Below, piece after piece: positions 28,086 through 38,869 of a DNA stretch of 64,000 nucleotides. Below the pieces are notes generated by a model that saw only the letters and a list, made by a program, of their open reading frames with translations, was not told the DNA's origin and searched no databases. The stretch is from IMG/VR virus record IMGVR_UViG_3300028883_000032, positions 142,857-206,856 of that record; one strand, 5' to 3'. Both the position numbers and the translations under genes were made by a program. Positions within the stretch are counted from its first letter, which is position 1. Every line of letters begins with the position of its first letter.

Positions 28086-28337
28086 TTAGTCGATAATGGT
28101 GTTTTGTTCAAAAACATCCATCTTGCGGTTGGCTAGTTTGGCAGTATCGTTTCTAGATTTATCAAGGAAAGAGTAACCTAAAAGGCTTGAAAAAATAAAT
28201 ACTAACGAGGTGTCTATAGCAATAGCTGGTAGAAAGGCTATGATTATCGATGAGATAAATACAGCCCACAGCATTACTCTAGCCAAACTCCATTTTTCTC
28301 CGTCTAATGTTAATAAATCTTTTATTAGTTTCTTCAC
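28086..28337 (-). CDS. putative holin
   Basis: Two TM segments, charged C-terminus, adjacent to endolysin. Confidence 0.6.
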   Translation of the reverse strand: MKKLIKDLLTLDGEKWSLARVMLWAVFISSIIIAFLPAIAIDTSLVFIFSSLLGYSFLDKSRNDTAKLANRKMDVFEQNTIID

Positions 28338-28349
28338 TGCTTACTCCTA

Positions 28350-29123
28350 TTATCTAAATATTGGATATGTATACTCTAGTTCAACTAAAGCCTGCTTATT
28401 AGTATTTAGTTCTAACATTAATTTGGCCCTCTGAAATTCGATACCACCTAGAGCACCGGCACCCCATATTTTGCCTTTATCCATCACCCACCCAAAATTT
28501 CCGCGGGCCCCAACAAAAAACCCCAATTGTTCCCGCCAAGACGGTTTATATGGGTTAACGGATATGTTTGTTTGTTCGAAACTTACTCCCGGTAAGTTAC
28601 TTTCTATATAACCTGTCCAAGTTTTATTCCTATTTTCACTCAAGGTGAAGGAGATAGGAATACGAGCGGAAATATCCTTCAAATATACTCCATATGGGTC
28701 TTCTATTTGAAAGGCCCCTCTTATACGATACACATTTTCGTGAGCAATGTCAAATGCCCTTATCGGAATAGTATCTGATAAAGTTTCGTATGTGGTGTCG
28801 GAGGAATCGATTGGTTGGGACGAAAACCAAGAATTTATGGTTTGCTTCATCTCTGCCATTGTTTGGGCTTGAGCTCTTATAGTTCCACCATTTTTAGCAA
28901 TATCATCCTTTGCTTCCTTTGTAAGAGCCTCGATATTACCAGCTTGAATTGCTAGTTTACTAATAACACCATCAGCGAGTTCTTGCTGTTCTTTTATTTG
29001 AGCAAGTTGGTTATATAACCCAATACGTTCACTATCTGCTTTTTTATTTTGGTAATACCCAATACCACCTTGAACTAATACTAGGCCTACCAATACAAGC
29101 ATTATTATATATTGTAATTTCAT
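28350..29123 (-). CDS. membrane-anchored coiled-coil protein (spanin-like)
   Basis: N-terminal TM, coiled coil, C-terminal beta-rich segment; lysis context. Confidence 0.45.
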   Translation of the reverse strand: MKLQYIIMLVLVGLVLVQGGIGYYQNKKADSERIGLYNQLAQIKEQQELADGVISKLAIQAGNIEALTKEAKDDIAKNGGTIRAQAQTMAEMKQTINSWFSSQPIDSSDTTYETLSDTIPIRAFDIAHENVYRIRGAFQIEDPYGVYLKDISARIPISFTLSENRNKTWTGYIESNLPGVSFEQTNISVNPYKPSWREQLGFFVGARGNFGWVMDKGKIWGAGALGGIEFQRAKLMLELNTNKQALVELEYTYPIFR

Positions 29124-29126
29124 ATT

Positions 29127-29630
29127 TTATGGATGGTTTACATACAACGTATCGTTATCATCTATGTAGAAAAACGCATTTTTATTTGAGTCATAATGAT
29201 AGCTTTTGCTATTATGCATCTCTTCTTTTAAGCCGTGCTTGCTTATTTTATAGTCTATAAGATTAAAGAGGTTTAACCCCAATGAAACAAGTAATACGAT
29301 TAATACTGACCAAAATTGACTATTAGCGCGTTTTTGGGCTTCTATTAATTGCGTACTTTCTGTTTTCCACAATGTATTATCTTTCCCAATCCCATCAAGT
29401 TTTACCTCAAGCGGAGAGTTAGCAACACTTAAATCGATTCCGGCATTTTTTAATGCTTCAGTTTGTGCTATCACAATAGCTTCTAACTTTGGCAAAACCG
29501 TTATCGCATTTTTAAGTTCATGCTGATTTTCAGTAATTTGTGCAATTAATCGAGCAACTCGATTACTAACTTCTATTGATTGCACAAGGTTTTGAGGATC
29601 TATTAATATGTGATTACTAGCATCCGCCAT
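29127..29630 (-). CDS. membrane protein
   Basis: TM FWSVLIVLLVSLGLNLF. Confidence 0.5.
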   Translation of the reverse strand: MADASNHILIDPQNLVQSIEVSNRVARLIAQITENQHELKNAITVLPKLEAIVIAQTEALKNAGIDLSVANSPLEVKLDGIGKDNTLWKTESTQLIEAQKRANSQFWSVLIVLLVSLGLNLFNLIDYKISKHGLKEEMHNSKSYHYDSNKNAFFYIDDNDTLYVNHP

Positions 29631-30438
29631 ATTTTAAAGATCCCTGTATTTGGTTATCCATATAAGCAATTAGCGACGACATCTCTTGAGATAATTTTGT
29701 TGGCGTATTATAAATACGTCTTCCAGAGATAGCTACGCCCCCGTTGTATTTATAGATCAGAAAATTGTAGTATCTCATTTTTTCTCCTTCTGCCGATTCC
29801 TTTAAACTTATAGGGAAGTTTGTTAACTCCCTTGATTTCCCCGTTAATAAAACTTGGGGTAAAAATTCAAGTAGGTTTTCTATTAAACTGTGCGTACATA
29901 GCGAATTTACTACATTCCATTCTCTGTTTTTAACGGAAACACGTGGCTTATCATCTACAAACTCTATAACCCCAAAAAGGTCTTCCATGTTTTCTACTAT
30001 GCTGTGTAATTTTTTGTTAGCATTTATTAATTCTTGTTCAGTTAATTTCTGTTCTGTTATGTCTTTAGAAATTACTACAAATAGACGCTCACCTCTTAAA
30101 ACAGTAGGATACGCCGACATATTAAATACCTTATCACCATTTTTACTATGATACTTATACTCTAAATTTTTAATTGGTTGACCTGTCTTTGACAGATTTT
30201 TTAAAGCTTGTTTTACTTTTGGGACGTCTTCCTCAAATACATGATCAAACGGGTTGATGTCATCGGAGTACCCTAGAATATTATGCAACGCTGGGTTACC
30301 CCATATGGTTTCCCCATTATTGTTACAAAAACTAACCAAGTCCGTAGAGTGTTCAAACAATATTTTAAAGTTATTGTTTATCTCTTCTGCAACATCTTCA
30401 AATTTTCTTACTTGTTGGGTTTCAAGCTCTTCTGCCAT
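29617..30438 (-). CDS. PAS-domain protein without output domain
   Basis: FKILFEHSTDLV...NPALHNILGYS...DITEQKLTEQEL (PAS/PAC). Confidence 0.8.
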   Translation of the reverse strand: MAEELETQQVRKFEDVAEEINNNFKILFEHSTDLVSFCNNNGETIWGNPALHNILGYSDDINPFDHVFEEDVPKVKQALKNLSKTGQPIKNLEYKYHSKNGDKVFNMSAYPTVLRGERLFVVISKDITEQKLTEQELINANKKLHSIVENMEDLFGVIEFVDDKPRVSVKNREWNVVNSLCTHSLIENLLEFLPQVLLTGKSRELTNFPISLKESAEGEKMRYYNFLIYKYNGGVAISGRRIYNTPTKLSQEMSSLIAYMDNQIQGSLKYGGC

Positions 30439-30498
30439 CTTAAAATTCTCGCACTGTTTATAATATATAATACACAATTTTAGTGTAAAAATCAAATA

Positions 30499-32481
30499 TT
30501 ATTTTGCTAAATACGCTATATACTGTGTCCCACTTCCTCGACCATGTGTTATCCACATCCTGTCTCCATCAAATGACATAGGTACCGTGTATCCTGGGGC
30601 AACTGTTCCAGCATACTTTGGGATATCGTAGCTATCTGCACATTCCAGAGTCCTAGGATTCACCACAAAAATTTTGTAAGCATCATACGTTGTTGGCCCA
30701 CCAACTGCATGCGCATAAACCCACAGATTTATACCGTCAAATCCTATATTTAACGGTTCGTAGGGAGTTGAGAGGCTCCCCAAATCTATGTATGAGTTAG
30801 AGAGTTTTTCTGCCACAGCCCCACCCACTAAATTACCTACAAATCTTCTTATATAATAACACGTTCCGGCCGCAGAGTCTTCGGTTATGCTCCAAATATA
30901 CTGTCCATCAAACACACACGGCGGAGGAATTAAAAATACCTCTGTTAAGTATGGCCCAACAAATGTTCCTGTAGACGTTTTTAAATGAAAAACTGATTTA
31001 CCGGCTCCCTCCGCAACTAACACCCATACAATTTGATTTCCAACATAAACTAGTTTTGTTATACTTGTAACAAGGGCATCAAAAGCGCTTGCAACTATAC
31101 TACCGTCAGTAATGTCAAACGTAGTGACTTCTCGCCTAGTTTGATCGTCGTTGTGCCATATTACGTACACATATTGGTCTTCCATATTAAATTGGATCAA
31201 CCTACCACCACCTACAGAGGCCCCCCCGCCCAAATCTATAGCTGAAAAATCGTCCCCACCGTATGTAGTGTCAAACTCCTGATTAAATGTGAGAGAACCA
31301 TCTGTGATATCAAAATCTTTAATACTGTCCATATCCAATACATACAAATGCTTTGTATTATCGGAAGTATTTATTCCATAACACAAGGAGTGAGGCCCGT
31401 TTAAAGCCCCTGCTCCATCTGGAGTGTAGTCGGTTTCAGATATTTCTCCAGTGACCCCATTTCTAGAAAATCTAACTATTTGGTCTGTATCAAAGGCTAC
31501 TCCCCAAATATACCCGTTACCATATCGTATTTCTTTTACCTCGTCACTTGCGGTTATAGCTGTGTAATCAGTTCCAAGTCCCAATCTTGATGTGGATCCG
31601 TATAACTCTACTGCCATTTCTGGAACTAATATAGACTTGTCGTCTCTGTTTTCTATTAATTTGCCGTATCTATTGAATATTTGTGAAGACGTATCTTCGT
31701 CTAATAAAACAGTTGATTTGACCCCTGTTCTGCTTCCAAGAGAACCTACTCCAATAGTTGTCATGTCTGTTTTTAACGAGTCCAAGTCCAAGAAATCGTC
31801 TTCATGGGGATTTGTTTGTGTAGTTAATGTTAAAACAGTCGAAGCCCCCCGATTAGAACCATCAGGAGCAATACCTACTAGTCTAAAATCGTATTCTGTG
31901 TCAAATTCAACAGGAGTTACCAATGTGTTGGTCTGTAATTTATCGTATATAGTTTCAAAAGTTGACCACGTTTCAGATGTTTTAAGTTTATATTGCACTC
32001 TTACAATTGTAACGTCTCCAGTTGGACTGGGAGACCAGGTAATTCTCACAGCAGGAGTTTCACCGTCTAACTCATCCTCCACACTTAACAATCTTGGCGG
32101 CGAGGGACGCAAATATTGAGAAACAACATTAAACAAATCAGGATTACCAATACTTATATTATACTGGTTGTTTCCTACCCACTTAATGTTTTTATAAATA
32201 ACAGAATAAATGCTATCCCTTAATCCTGTTACTGCGTATTGACCATTTTCCCCAACTGTGAAGGACCTGACGACTTGGCCAGACGCCTTTCCCGTAATAC
32301 GGTTATAAACTCGCCTTAAATTGTCAACAAGAGAGGCTTGAGCACCAGGAACTAACCCAGTAAACACATGTGAGTGAGTTTGAACTGGGTTAGTTGGGTT
32401 TAGTTTATTCGCAGCATCTGCCTGTACAACATGGTGGTCAGACCCCATTAAGGGATCTATTCCGCTAGGTGTAGTTGCCAT
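30499..32481 (-). CDS. tail fibre/receptor-binding protein (FN3 plus beta-propeller-like)
   Basis: FN3 pattern VRITWSP...DTEYDFRLVG; repeated FDG..W blades. Confidence 0.6.
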   Translation of the reverse strand: MATTPSGIDPLMGSDHHVVQADAANKLNPTNPVQTHSHVFTGLVPGAQASLVDNLRRVYNRITGKASGQVVRSFTVGENGQYAVTGLRDSIYSVIYKNIKWVGNNQYNISIGNPDLFNVVSQYLRPSPPRLLSVEDELDGETPAVRITWSPSPTGDVTIVRVQYKLKTSETWSTFETIYDKLQTNTLVTPVEFDTEYDFRLVGIAPDGSNRGASTVLTLTTQTNPHEDDFLDLDSLKTDMTTIGVGSLGSRTGVKSTVLLDEDTSSQIFNRYGKLIENRDDKSILVPEMAVELYGSTSRLGLGTDYTAITASDEVKEIRYGNGYIWGVAFDTDQIVRFSRNGVTGEISETDYTPDGAGALNGPHSLCYGINTSDNTKHLYVLDMDSIKDFDITDGSLTFNQEFDTTYGGDDFSAIDLGGGASVGGGRLIQFNMEDQYVYVIWHNDDQTRREVTTFDITDGSIVASAFDALVTSITKLVYVGNQIVWVLVAEGAGKSVFHLKTSTGTFVGPYLTEVFLIPPPCVFDGQYIWSITEDSAAGTCYYIRRFVGNLVGGAVAEKLSNSYIDLGSLSTPYEPLNIGFDGINLWVYAHAVGGPTTYDAYKIFVVNPRTLECADSYDIPKYAGTVAPGYTVPMSFDGDRMWITHGRGSGTQYIAYLAK

Positions 32482-32484
32482 AAT

Positions 32485-34617
32485 TTATAATGATGTGATT
32501 GCATCGTTAAGTGAACGAATATTATCAACAGTTGGTAGAGATGCAATTTGTTGTGATACATCCGATACTGCTTTGCTGACTTCTGTTTTCAAAGCTGTTA
32601 ATTCTGCTACTTTTGCAGTTCGTAAAACAACGGCTTCGGCATCTTTTAGATTTCTTAGCGTATTACCAGAAACATTATCAACAAGCGTGTTTGTAACTAT
32701 TTTAAACCCATTACTCCAAGGGCCCGCTACTCCAAGTTCGGATATGGCTTGGACAAAAACGATATAAACTTGATCTATATTTACATCTATCCACTGTGTT
32801 GTAGAACTTGTTGTACTTTGAAGCTCGGTGCGGTAGATAATAATTGTATCACCGGTCTGTATATCCGATACTGACATAACCAATTCTAAAGTAGTAGAAT
32901 CAACCACACTGGCTACAATATTTTTTTGAATTAGAGTGCCCGATCTATCAACTTGGACGTAATCCCCCACTCTGGCAATGGAACTAATTACAGTATCCAC
33001 TACTAAATATTTTGTTGAAGCCGTAACCGAGCTAACAGTGATGGTGGTTCCTTCATGCTGAAGCACCTTCTTTTTTTGAGCCTTTTCTGTTGTAAAGTTA
33101 TCAGTACGCAATACTGTACTGACCTCGTCATCTAAAAATGTAGCTGGCTCCTTTGTGCTTGGATCCACCTCTGTGGCTGAACCAACTAATTTACAAATTT
33201 TTACATTATAATATTCAATTTTCTCATTATCTATTAAAGTGGGTTGTCCCCAAGTAATTTTTACCCTGTATCGGGGTTTAGCGAGGTCGGGTTGTTCTTG
33301 TAAAAGTTCACTATTAGCAGTTATATCCGCAGCAAGTGCATCAAGGTCACTTCTTGCATTACTGGCTTCAGTTACTTTACTGTCCGCTTGTGTATCAACG
33401 TGAGTAATAATGTCCTCTATACTATCTTCGAGCATGTATAACCCACAAGCCTCCGCAGTAGCCCAACCCGCATCCACAATAGTTTGTGCAAATCCAGAAA
33501 TTGATAACTGGTCAGGCCCATATAAACTTGTCTGATCAGTCCATAGCTGATAACCACTAACTGATCCAGTATTTGCTGATCTCCAAGCTAATTGGTAGTT
33601 TCTTAGTCTGCGTAATTGTGTATTAGCTGTTGTTGCTTTTGTAAGATCAAATTCTTTGATTCTATGAGACGTAACTTTGTCTTGTAGAGATCTGGTAATT
33701 GTATCATCTTGCTGGACTTGATACAAGTGTCCTGAAATAGAGCTTACTTGGTTTGGCTCAGAGGGTACCTTAGTAGTGGTTATCCATCTATCACCTTCTC
33801 CATCAGAATAGTTTAAAATACCATGATTCAAGCAAAGGTTAAGAGCTGAAGCGGAAGCTTCTACATCTGAAGGATTAAAAGTATCTGTGGAATGGCTGTG
33901 TCTGTTGTCGTGTGCAAAGACCAGTCCTGATAAAGAAATATCGTAATCCGAGTCTAGTTGTCCTGCAAATGTAACAGAGTGGGCTTCTAGGCTATCGTTA
34001 ATAACCAGCCCATTCATGGTTAAAGTACCGGATACGGTAGTGTCTCTATCTGTTCTAACCACATCGTCTTCGTAATACAAGGCTTCGTTCCAACGCAATA
34101 GATTTGTATCGCGTAAATCAGTAGTAACATCCATGGTGGTGCCACTTACTGTAAATTCAGCTAGGGCCAATCCAGATATTCCCGGATCAACAGTAGTAAA
34201 ATCATAATAGTCTTCTGATCTAATCGGAGTACGAGCAGAGTCTTCTCCGTACTGTATGCCAGCCACTTTTTCCGTATATTCAGTATATATGGCTCTCGGC
34301 TTTATATATAAAGTATATGAGCCATTCGTAGTTAATGTGGCAGTTTTACCGGGAGCATAAACTGTGAGTTGGTGTCCTGAAGGTGTAATAGCCGATCCGG
34401 GGTTAATGAAAAGCTCATTATTCCCATCACCAACCTCTACCTTTAAAGCAGTCTCTGTGGCCGGAATAGAACCATTTCTATATTCTGCAACTACACCAAA
34501 TTCCTTGAAAAGTTTTTGGTATAGTCTTTTAAACTCACTATGAATATTATCTTGCAGATCAGAAATATTATCTGGCATGTTTTGTTTTGTACCGGTAGCT
34601 AAAATTATTCGGTCCAT
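32485..34617 (-). CDS. tail/baseplate structural protein
   Basis: INPGSAITPSG motif, FN3-like C-terminal part; module context. Confidence 0.55.
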   Translation of the reverse strand: MDRIILATGTKQNMPDNISDLQDNIHSEFKRLYQKLFKEFGVVAEYRNGSIPATETALKVEVGDGNNELFINPGSAITPSGHQLTVYAPGKTATLTTNGSYTLYIKPRAIYTEYTEKVAGIQYGEDSARTPIRSEDYYDFTTVDPGISGLALAEFTVSGTTMDVTTDLRDTNLLRWNEALYYEDDVVRTDRDTTVSGTLTMNGLVINDSLEAHSVTFAGQLDSDYDISLSGLVFAHDNRHSHSTDTFNPSDVEASASALNLCLNHGILNYSDGEGDRWITTTKVPSEPNQVSSISGHLYQVQQDDTITRSLQDKVTSHRIKEFDLTKATTANTQLRRLRNYQLAWRSANTGSVSGYQLWTDQTSLYGPDQLSISGFAQTIVDAGWATAEACGLYMLEDSIEDIITHVDTQADSKVTEASNARSDLDALAADITANSELLQEQPDLAKPRYRVKITWGQPTLIDNEKIEYYNVKICKLVGSATEVDPSTKEPATFLDDEVSTVLRTDNFTTEKAQKKKVLQHEGTTITVSSVTASTKYLVVDTVISSIARVGDYVQVDRSGTLIQKNIVASVVDSTTLELVMSVSDIQTGDTIIIYRTELQSTTSSTTQWIDVNIDQVYIVFVQAISELGVAGPWSNGFKIVTNTLVDNVSGNTLRNLKDAEAVVLRTAKVAELTALKTEVSKAVSDVSQQIASLPTVDNIRSLNDAITSL

Positions 34618-34620
34618 TTT

Positions 34621-35757
34621 TTATACCCCTACGGTTTTCATAAATAAATGTTTTCCTACAAACCTATCTATTGATTCGTCGTATAAAGTCGAATCATATC
34701 CAAACACCCCAGATATGGAAGTGGGTTCTGTAAATACTACGGTGTTTAATGTGTTCACTCCATATCCGTCGTCGTTTTCGATTATTAATCCACTATTACT
34801 AGTGTAATCATGAAGTTGCCAATTGTCAACAATTACTTCATATTGTTCTATTGTCCCTGAAGAACAGGCCTCCAGTACCCCATTTCCCGATTCAAAATAC
34901 ATAGTTTGGGAGCCGATGGTAATTTGGTCATGTGGCGTACCGGACAACTTTGTAAGAGTACCAGAATTATAAGAGAAAGGGTAACCCTTTGCAATACCAA
35001 TAGCATTTCTCACTGCCTTTAATGTTGGTTTTTGCTTTGACCAGTAATGTAAAGCCTTTATGATTTCTAGATAATGGTTGGCTCTATCCACATAACCATC
35101 GTAACCAGAAGTTGTTGTCCAAGTGTCATAGTTGGCATCTTTAAACATTTTTGTTGTCATGCCAACTCTAGCTCCCCACAAGGAAAATAGTACAGGGTTT
35201 ATTGATTCGGTTTTCCCTATATAGATCTGAGTTCTGTATAGGTTGGGGTAATCCAAACTTAAAGTAAATGGGTTGGTTGAATTTAAAAATAAAAGCGTAT
35301 TTAAGTCGTGTATTATGTAATCTACACCTTCCATTAAATCTTCTTCAACCCATTCATTACTTGCATCTTGCCAATATATATTTTTAACGTCAGTAACTCT
35401 TAATATATAAGCATTTAGCGGGAACCCGATAAATCCAGAGCCATCTGTAGCGGTGTATCCCGATACAGAAGAGTCATCAACCGTGTTGCAGTTTATCAAA
35501 CTTCCATACATATCGTCGTCTGTGGTGGCATAGATAACATCATAAAAGTCGTGCCTTGAATCCCATACAGCTTCTATGTCATTAATAAACATACTATTAT
35601 GAACTTGATCTAAATTACGACTTAATTCTGTTAAAACAGATTTATAACCATCCCACACGGCTTCAATGGCGGCTTTATCGGTAACACTAAAATTACCAAA
35701 TACCGTTCTGACATTGTTCCAAAGTTCCGAAACATTACTAAATGGGAAAGAAATCAT
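34621..35757 (-). CDS. baseplate wedge-like protein
   Basis: KPTLKAVRNAIGI..GYP; follows baseplate J-like genes. Confidence 0.5.
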   Translation of the reverse strand: MISFPFSNVSELWNNVRTVFGNFSVTDKAAIEAVWDGYKSVLTELSRNLDQVHNSMFINDIEAVWDSRHDFYDVIYATTDDDMYGSLINCNTVDDSSVSGYTATDGSGFIGFPLNAYILRVTDVKNIYWQDASNEWVEEDLMEGVDYIIHDLNTLLFLNSTNPFTLSLDYPNLYRTQIYIGKTESINPVLFSLWGARVGMTTKMFKDANYDTWTTTSGYDGYVDRANHYLEIIKALHYWSKQKPTLKAVRNAIGIAKGYPFSYNSGTLTKLSGTPHDQITIGSQTMYFESGNGVLEACSSGTIEQYEVIVDNWQLHDYTSNSGLIIENDDGYGVNTLNTVVFTEPTSISGVFGYDSTLYDESIDRFVGKHLFMKTVGV

Positions 35758-35759
35758 AA

Positions 35760-37601
35760 TTATCCTACTTTGGTTACACCATATAATTCAGTGGTGTCTG
35801 TAAAGAAAGCTTGAAGCCCGCTTAAGCTCACTGTATCAGTAAAAGCATTGTCCTCTAATAACAAAGTGCCAGTATAGTCATAGGCAGTATATTGTAAATC
35901 CAAACTTGTCAGATTTACGTAATCTACCCCATTATTATACAGGTGGTTAATTAAATCTGAGACTTCAATTGTGTCTTCTTTTGCATTTACCCAATTTTTT
36001 ATTGCCGTCTTAACTGCCTCCTCGGAAGCAGTGCCCCTATATTCCAAAGAATTGGCTGTAATAATCAGCGGAGGTCTTATTTTTAATAAGGTGTTAAGGC
36101 CGGGGTTACGGTGAGCCCTGTCAGTCAAGAAACTCTGAACTTCCGTTCCTTGGTCATAATACCTGTAAAGTACTCTAGCGGTCATTGGAGTCCAAGCATC
36201 ACTAAAGTTTATTTGAAGTGAGGCTTGGGAGCTAAACGCATATTTCGAATCAGACACACTTACGGTATAATCTGTGCCCCGTGTTAACTCGGCCCCAGTG
36301 GCGGCGGAACTAACTGAGATAATGTCCATAACTGGTAATGAAAAGCCGTTAGCCGAACTAACATTAACTGTACCAGAAGAATTTGGTACATCTATTGTAG
36401 CTTGTAATATCCTACTGGGGGCATTAACATATATATCGGACATTCCACCAATGTGTATTCCGTCCGTTTGTACATTGTCAATTTCAACATAATGGGTGTT
36501 AATTGTGCTTGAAGAGGTTGCTTCGGTAGGAACAGCAACCAAAGTAACATAGTTGTCACCATCAATGTATTCAGTTAGCTCATCGTAAGATGCTGTTATT
36601 TCTTGTTGTGAAGATGGGGAAGAAGAGGAAGCGGTATTCGATCCAACTAATTCCCAATTTCCGTCGGTGTTGTTCCATATAAATAGTTTTGCTCCCGTCC
36701 CGGACGTAACCCCATTATCGTAGGTTCCCCATCCGCGCCAATATACATGAAAAGGATCCCCAGCCGTAAACTTCGACGGGTCTGCATCTAGTTTCATTAA
36801 GGAAGACGGGTAGTCATTACCTAGTGAAGCCACCACTAAATCATTATAATACCAACGACTATTTTTAGTACCTAAAACAGATATTCCAAAGTTTTCTCCT
36901 GACGCATTGGGGGAGTACAATGGGTCTGATGAGCTCTTCTTCAATACATACCCATATTGATTATCGGGCGATCCCGTAACAGAATCTGCATCATAAGGAA
37001 GATCTACAGCTTGTGAGTAATTGGCACTATCGTCAAGTATCCATACCGTTACCTGGTAATTGGTGGTAATTTCTATAATAAATTTATACCAAGTGTTTAT
37101 TTCTATTATTCTGCGGCCAAATGTTAAATTATTATCACCGCCAATATAATTATTGATTCCGCCGTCCGCTAAAATTAAGTTTTCGCTGTTAATGAAAGTA
37201 TCTGTACTTAAAAAACTATTATCCACAATAGCTAAGTTGTAATTTAACACGGCAGCTCCCTCTTGACTAGTGGAGCCATTAATGGTAATATCTTCAGACG
37301 TATCTACTGCATCATACGAACTTGTCCCGAAAGTACTTTTTCTCCAAGCAAGTCCAAGCCCTTCTGGTCCAAAAACTTCTGAACTTTGTCTTCCGACCGT
37401 AATATAACTCATTACTCCGTTATCTGTACTATCATCCGTGTAAAATCTTCCACGTATTTGGATGTTACTCTTTCTTGCGATTGCTCGGTGAAATACAGGA
37501 TAGTAATTTCCGGCGTTGTCGATATTAATAGTCTGTTGTATAGACGATAATAGAGTAGTAACGCTTCGACTATCTGAAGCTGACATAATTGTAGAAGGCA
37601 T
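35760..37601 (-). CDS. baseplate J-like protein, C-terminal part plus beta-rich domains
   Basis: HIGGMSDIYV and IEVSDLINHLYNNGVDYV. Confidence 0.5.
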   Translation of the reverse strand: MPSTIMSASDSRSVTTLLSSIQQTINIDNAGNYYPVFHRAIARKSNIQIRGRFYTDDSTDNGVMSYITVGRQSSEVFGPEGLGLAWRKSTFGTSSYDAVDTSEDITINGSTSQEGAAVLNYNLAIVDNSFLSTDTFINSENLILADGGINNYIGGDNNLTFGRRIIEINTWYKFIIEITTNYQVTVWILDDSANYSQAVDLPYDADSVTGSPDNQYGYVLKKSSSDPLYSPNASGENFGISVLGTKNSRWYYNDLVVASLGNDYPSSLMKLDADPSKFTAGDPFHVYWRGWGTYDNGVTSGTGAKLFIWNNTDGNWELVGSNTASSSSPSSQQEITASYDELTEYIDGDNYVTLVAVPTEATSSSTINTHYVEIDNVQTDGIHIGGMSDIYVNAPSRILQATIDVPNSSGTVNVSSANGFSLPVMDIISVSSAATGAELTRGTDYTVSVSDSKYAFSSQASLQINFSDAWTPMTARVLYRYYDQGTEVQSFLTDRAHRNPGLNTLLKIRPPLIITANSLEYRGTASEEAVKTAIKNWVNAKEDTIEVSDLINHLYNNGVDYVNLTSLDLQYTAYDYTGTLLLEDNAFTDTVSLSGLQAFFTDTTELYGVTKVG

Positions 37602-37612
37602 ATTTAATATCC

Positions 37613-38869
37613 TTAAGTTACAGTAGAATTTACTGGTGGCAGACCAGCTATTTGGGTAACCATACTCATAATTTGATTAGCGTCTCCTAAAGTAATTATG
37701 ATTGGCTCGTCCGCTTTAATTATAGCTCCTGTGGAACTTCGCACCTGCCTACCTAGGCGAACTTCTCCGTCCAATACCTCAATTTCATTTGGGTGCTTTA
37801 GTTCACCGGAATCGGTGTTACTATCACTGTAGCTCCAAATGACACTGGTAGATGCTCCTGCAAAACTTTCATTTAACAAGTGCTCGATTCCGACTGTTTG
37901 GTAATAGGCATCATTGTTTTTCCAAACGGATCTATACCACGCATCACTCCATTCAATACTCCAGCTTGAAGGATCAGGTAAATCCGTAGCGACTAAACCG
38001 CTTCCAGTTGGAACTAAAATACTCAATAAACTCCAATAGCCTATGCTTCTATTTGCTGGCGGATCTATATACCCAGAAACAGCACCAAAAAAATCAGAAG
38101 TAGAAAAAGTTGTTGGTAGCATGTTTAGATTTTCAGAACTACCCGATACAGTATATGCAACATCTCTTGTCATTTCTTCATCTCCGACCCCCTTCACCAC
38201 AACATCAGTTAGGGTTGGAAAATTTCGCATTAAAGATGCACGTATACCATCTGATGAGGAGATGCTCTCGTTTATACCTGTTGTTAAAATTTTAGATTTA
38301 AGCTGGGTATTTGTATCTCTTGTGGTCCCTCCGGTTATACTAACTGGATTATCAACCAGAATATAACCAGTTTTTAACCCCTTTACAATTTTTATTGTGC
38401 CCGGGTTAGTTTCTCCCGAAGAACCATAAGATTCAGCTGTAATTGGAATAGATCCAGTAGAATATAAAGGATATCTTTCAATATTCTGACGCATCTGTTC
38501 TTCAGTTATACTGAAGGTTCTAGTGGGATGATACTTCTTACCATCTTCAGTTTCAAATGTTATATCTGTAGTGAATATTTCGGTTCGCGGAGATTGGTAG
38601 TATACATACACGTTACCGGTGGCCTTGCTCCCAACCGTACGATCAACGTAAAAGTTAGCGGAAAATTTATCCATGGCAGATTCAGATATCGCATTTTCAT
38701 CTTCCATGGTCATCTCACGCATTTTTTGCTCGTGATCTTCTTCATATGGTGCCAGTATTGTGCTTAATGGACTGACTTGAAGATCTATCAGAGGGGATGA
38801 CTCGGTAACACTTATAGTGCTATCGTGTTCTTTTAGCTTCTTTTTTACATACTGTACTATATTGTTCAT
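37613..38869 (-). CDS. baseplate J/gp6-like protein, N-terminal part
   Basis: R..GSKATG, AESYG..G, NPVSITGGTTRDTN. Confidence 0.7.
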   Translation of the reverse strand: MNNIVQYVKKKLKEHDSTISVTESSPLIDLQVSPLSTILAPYEEDHEQKMREMTMEDENAISESAMDKFSANFYVDRTVGSKATGNVYVYYQSPRTEIFTTDITFETEDGKKYHPTRTFSITEEQMRQNIERYPLYSTGSIPITAESYGSSGETNPGTIKIVKGLKTGYILVDNPVSITGGTTRDTNTQLKSKILTTGINESISSSDGIRASLMRNFPTLTDVVVKGVGDEEMTRDVAYTVSGSSENLNMLPTTFSTSDFFGAVSGYIDPPANRSIGYWSLLSILVPTGSGLVATDLPDPSSWSIEWSDAWYRSVWKNNDAYYQTVGIEHLLNESFAGASTSVIWSYSDSNTDSGELKHPNEIEVLDGEVRLGRQVRSSTGAIIKADEPIIITLGDANQIMSMVTQIAGLPPVNSTVT

